Position numbers and translations under genes: made by a program. From an uncultured bacterium (GTDB lineage Bacteria > Acidobacteriota > Aminicenantia > Aminicenantales > Saccharicenantaceae), in assembly GCA_963827635.1 (NCBI GenBank), contig CAWHBV010000009.1, positions 394,548 to 458,547 on the forward strand: DNA of 64,000 nucleotides. The letters run 5' to 3'. Under the pieces are notes generated by a model. The model did no database searches and was not told the DNA's origin. It saw only the letters and a list, made by a program, of their open reading frames with translations. How positions within the stretch are numbered: the first letter of the stretch is position 1; every line of letters begins with the position of its first letter. Positions 63,697 to 64,000 of this stretch are shown in pieces.

Positions 63697-64000
63697 TCAT
63701 GGGCTGCATGCACCCTTCGTCCGGAAGAACCTGATGCCGTAACGCCGGAGGAAGAGGGCCACCTCTTCCGCCAGGTCGTTGGTCGCGAAAGCCCGTTCCT
63801 TGACTTCGACGTCGAACCAGACCGTTCCGCTGCTCGTCGAGTCTCCGTCTTTCGTCCGGTGCGATCCGGCCGAAGCTCACCAGGACGTCGACATCCCCGG
63901 CCGGCGGGTCCGCCGGCGCGCCCGCGACGGACGCCGGGGCCACGCGAAGGCGCCATTTCCGGGAGCGCCCCAAGCCGTGCTTGACCGCCCTGGAAACGAA
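63697..64000 (-). CDS. 3' end of a hypothetical protein, start outside window, frameshifted
   Basis: Open reading FVSRAVKHGLGRSRKWRL...DVDVLVSFG, then VWFDVEVKERAFATNDLAEEVALFLRRYG...stop just before the aminotransferase. Confidence 0.5.

Noticed and set aside
1-64000. About 30 genes broken by frameshifts, suggesting mass pseudogenisation or programmed frameshifting
   Set aside because: The breaks are single-base indels with no accumulation of in-frame stops, intact motifs and codon bias on both sides, and no shared slippery motif. This is the signature of long-read consensus error; read polishing would confirm.

Overview
High-GC, gene-dense bacterial DNA from a diderm anaerobe-like heterotroph. 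Gene content and style resemble Aminicenantia (OP8)/Acidobacteriota metagenome assemblies, but taxonomy is an inference. About 50 protein genes are present and roughly 30 carry one or more single-base frameshifts, which looks like uncorrected long-read indel error rather than real pseudogenisation. Content is mostly glycan and peptide scavenging: GH20, GH29, GH2, GH88/105, a GH28-like protein, a heparinase II/III-like protein, DUF4838, two CBM9-like proteins, three C69 peptidases, DPP-IV and a class IV aminotransferase, plus lipid, ion-transport and envelope genes. I saw no rRNA, tRNA, CRISPR array, integrase or transposase. The best candidate for an undescribed system is the operon at 22525-29352: a DctM-like permease with no DctP/DctQ, an unannotated 49-aa two-helix microprotein, an exported M14-type deacylase, two tandem exported C69 Ntn-hydrolases and an exported DUF6305-like protein. 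It is divergent from an Omp85/beta-propeller/metalloprotease fusion gene. Other leads are a 3-keto-glycoside-type operon with a secreted TIM-barrel/DUF1080 fusion, a translationally coupled Kef / adenylate-kinase-like / CaCA operon, and a GH20 operon coupled to a metal-chelate ABC transporter. Family names were assigned from motifs and memory; no database search was run.
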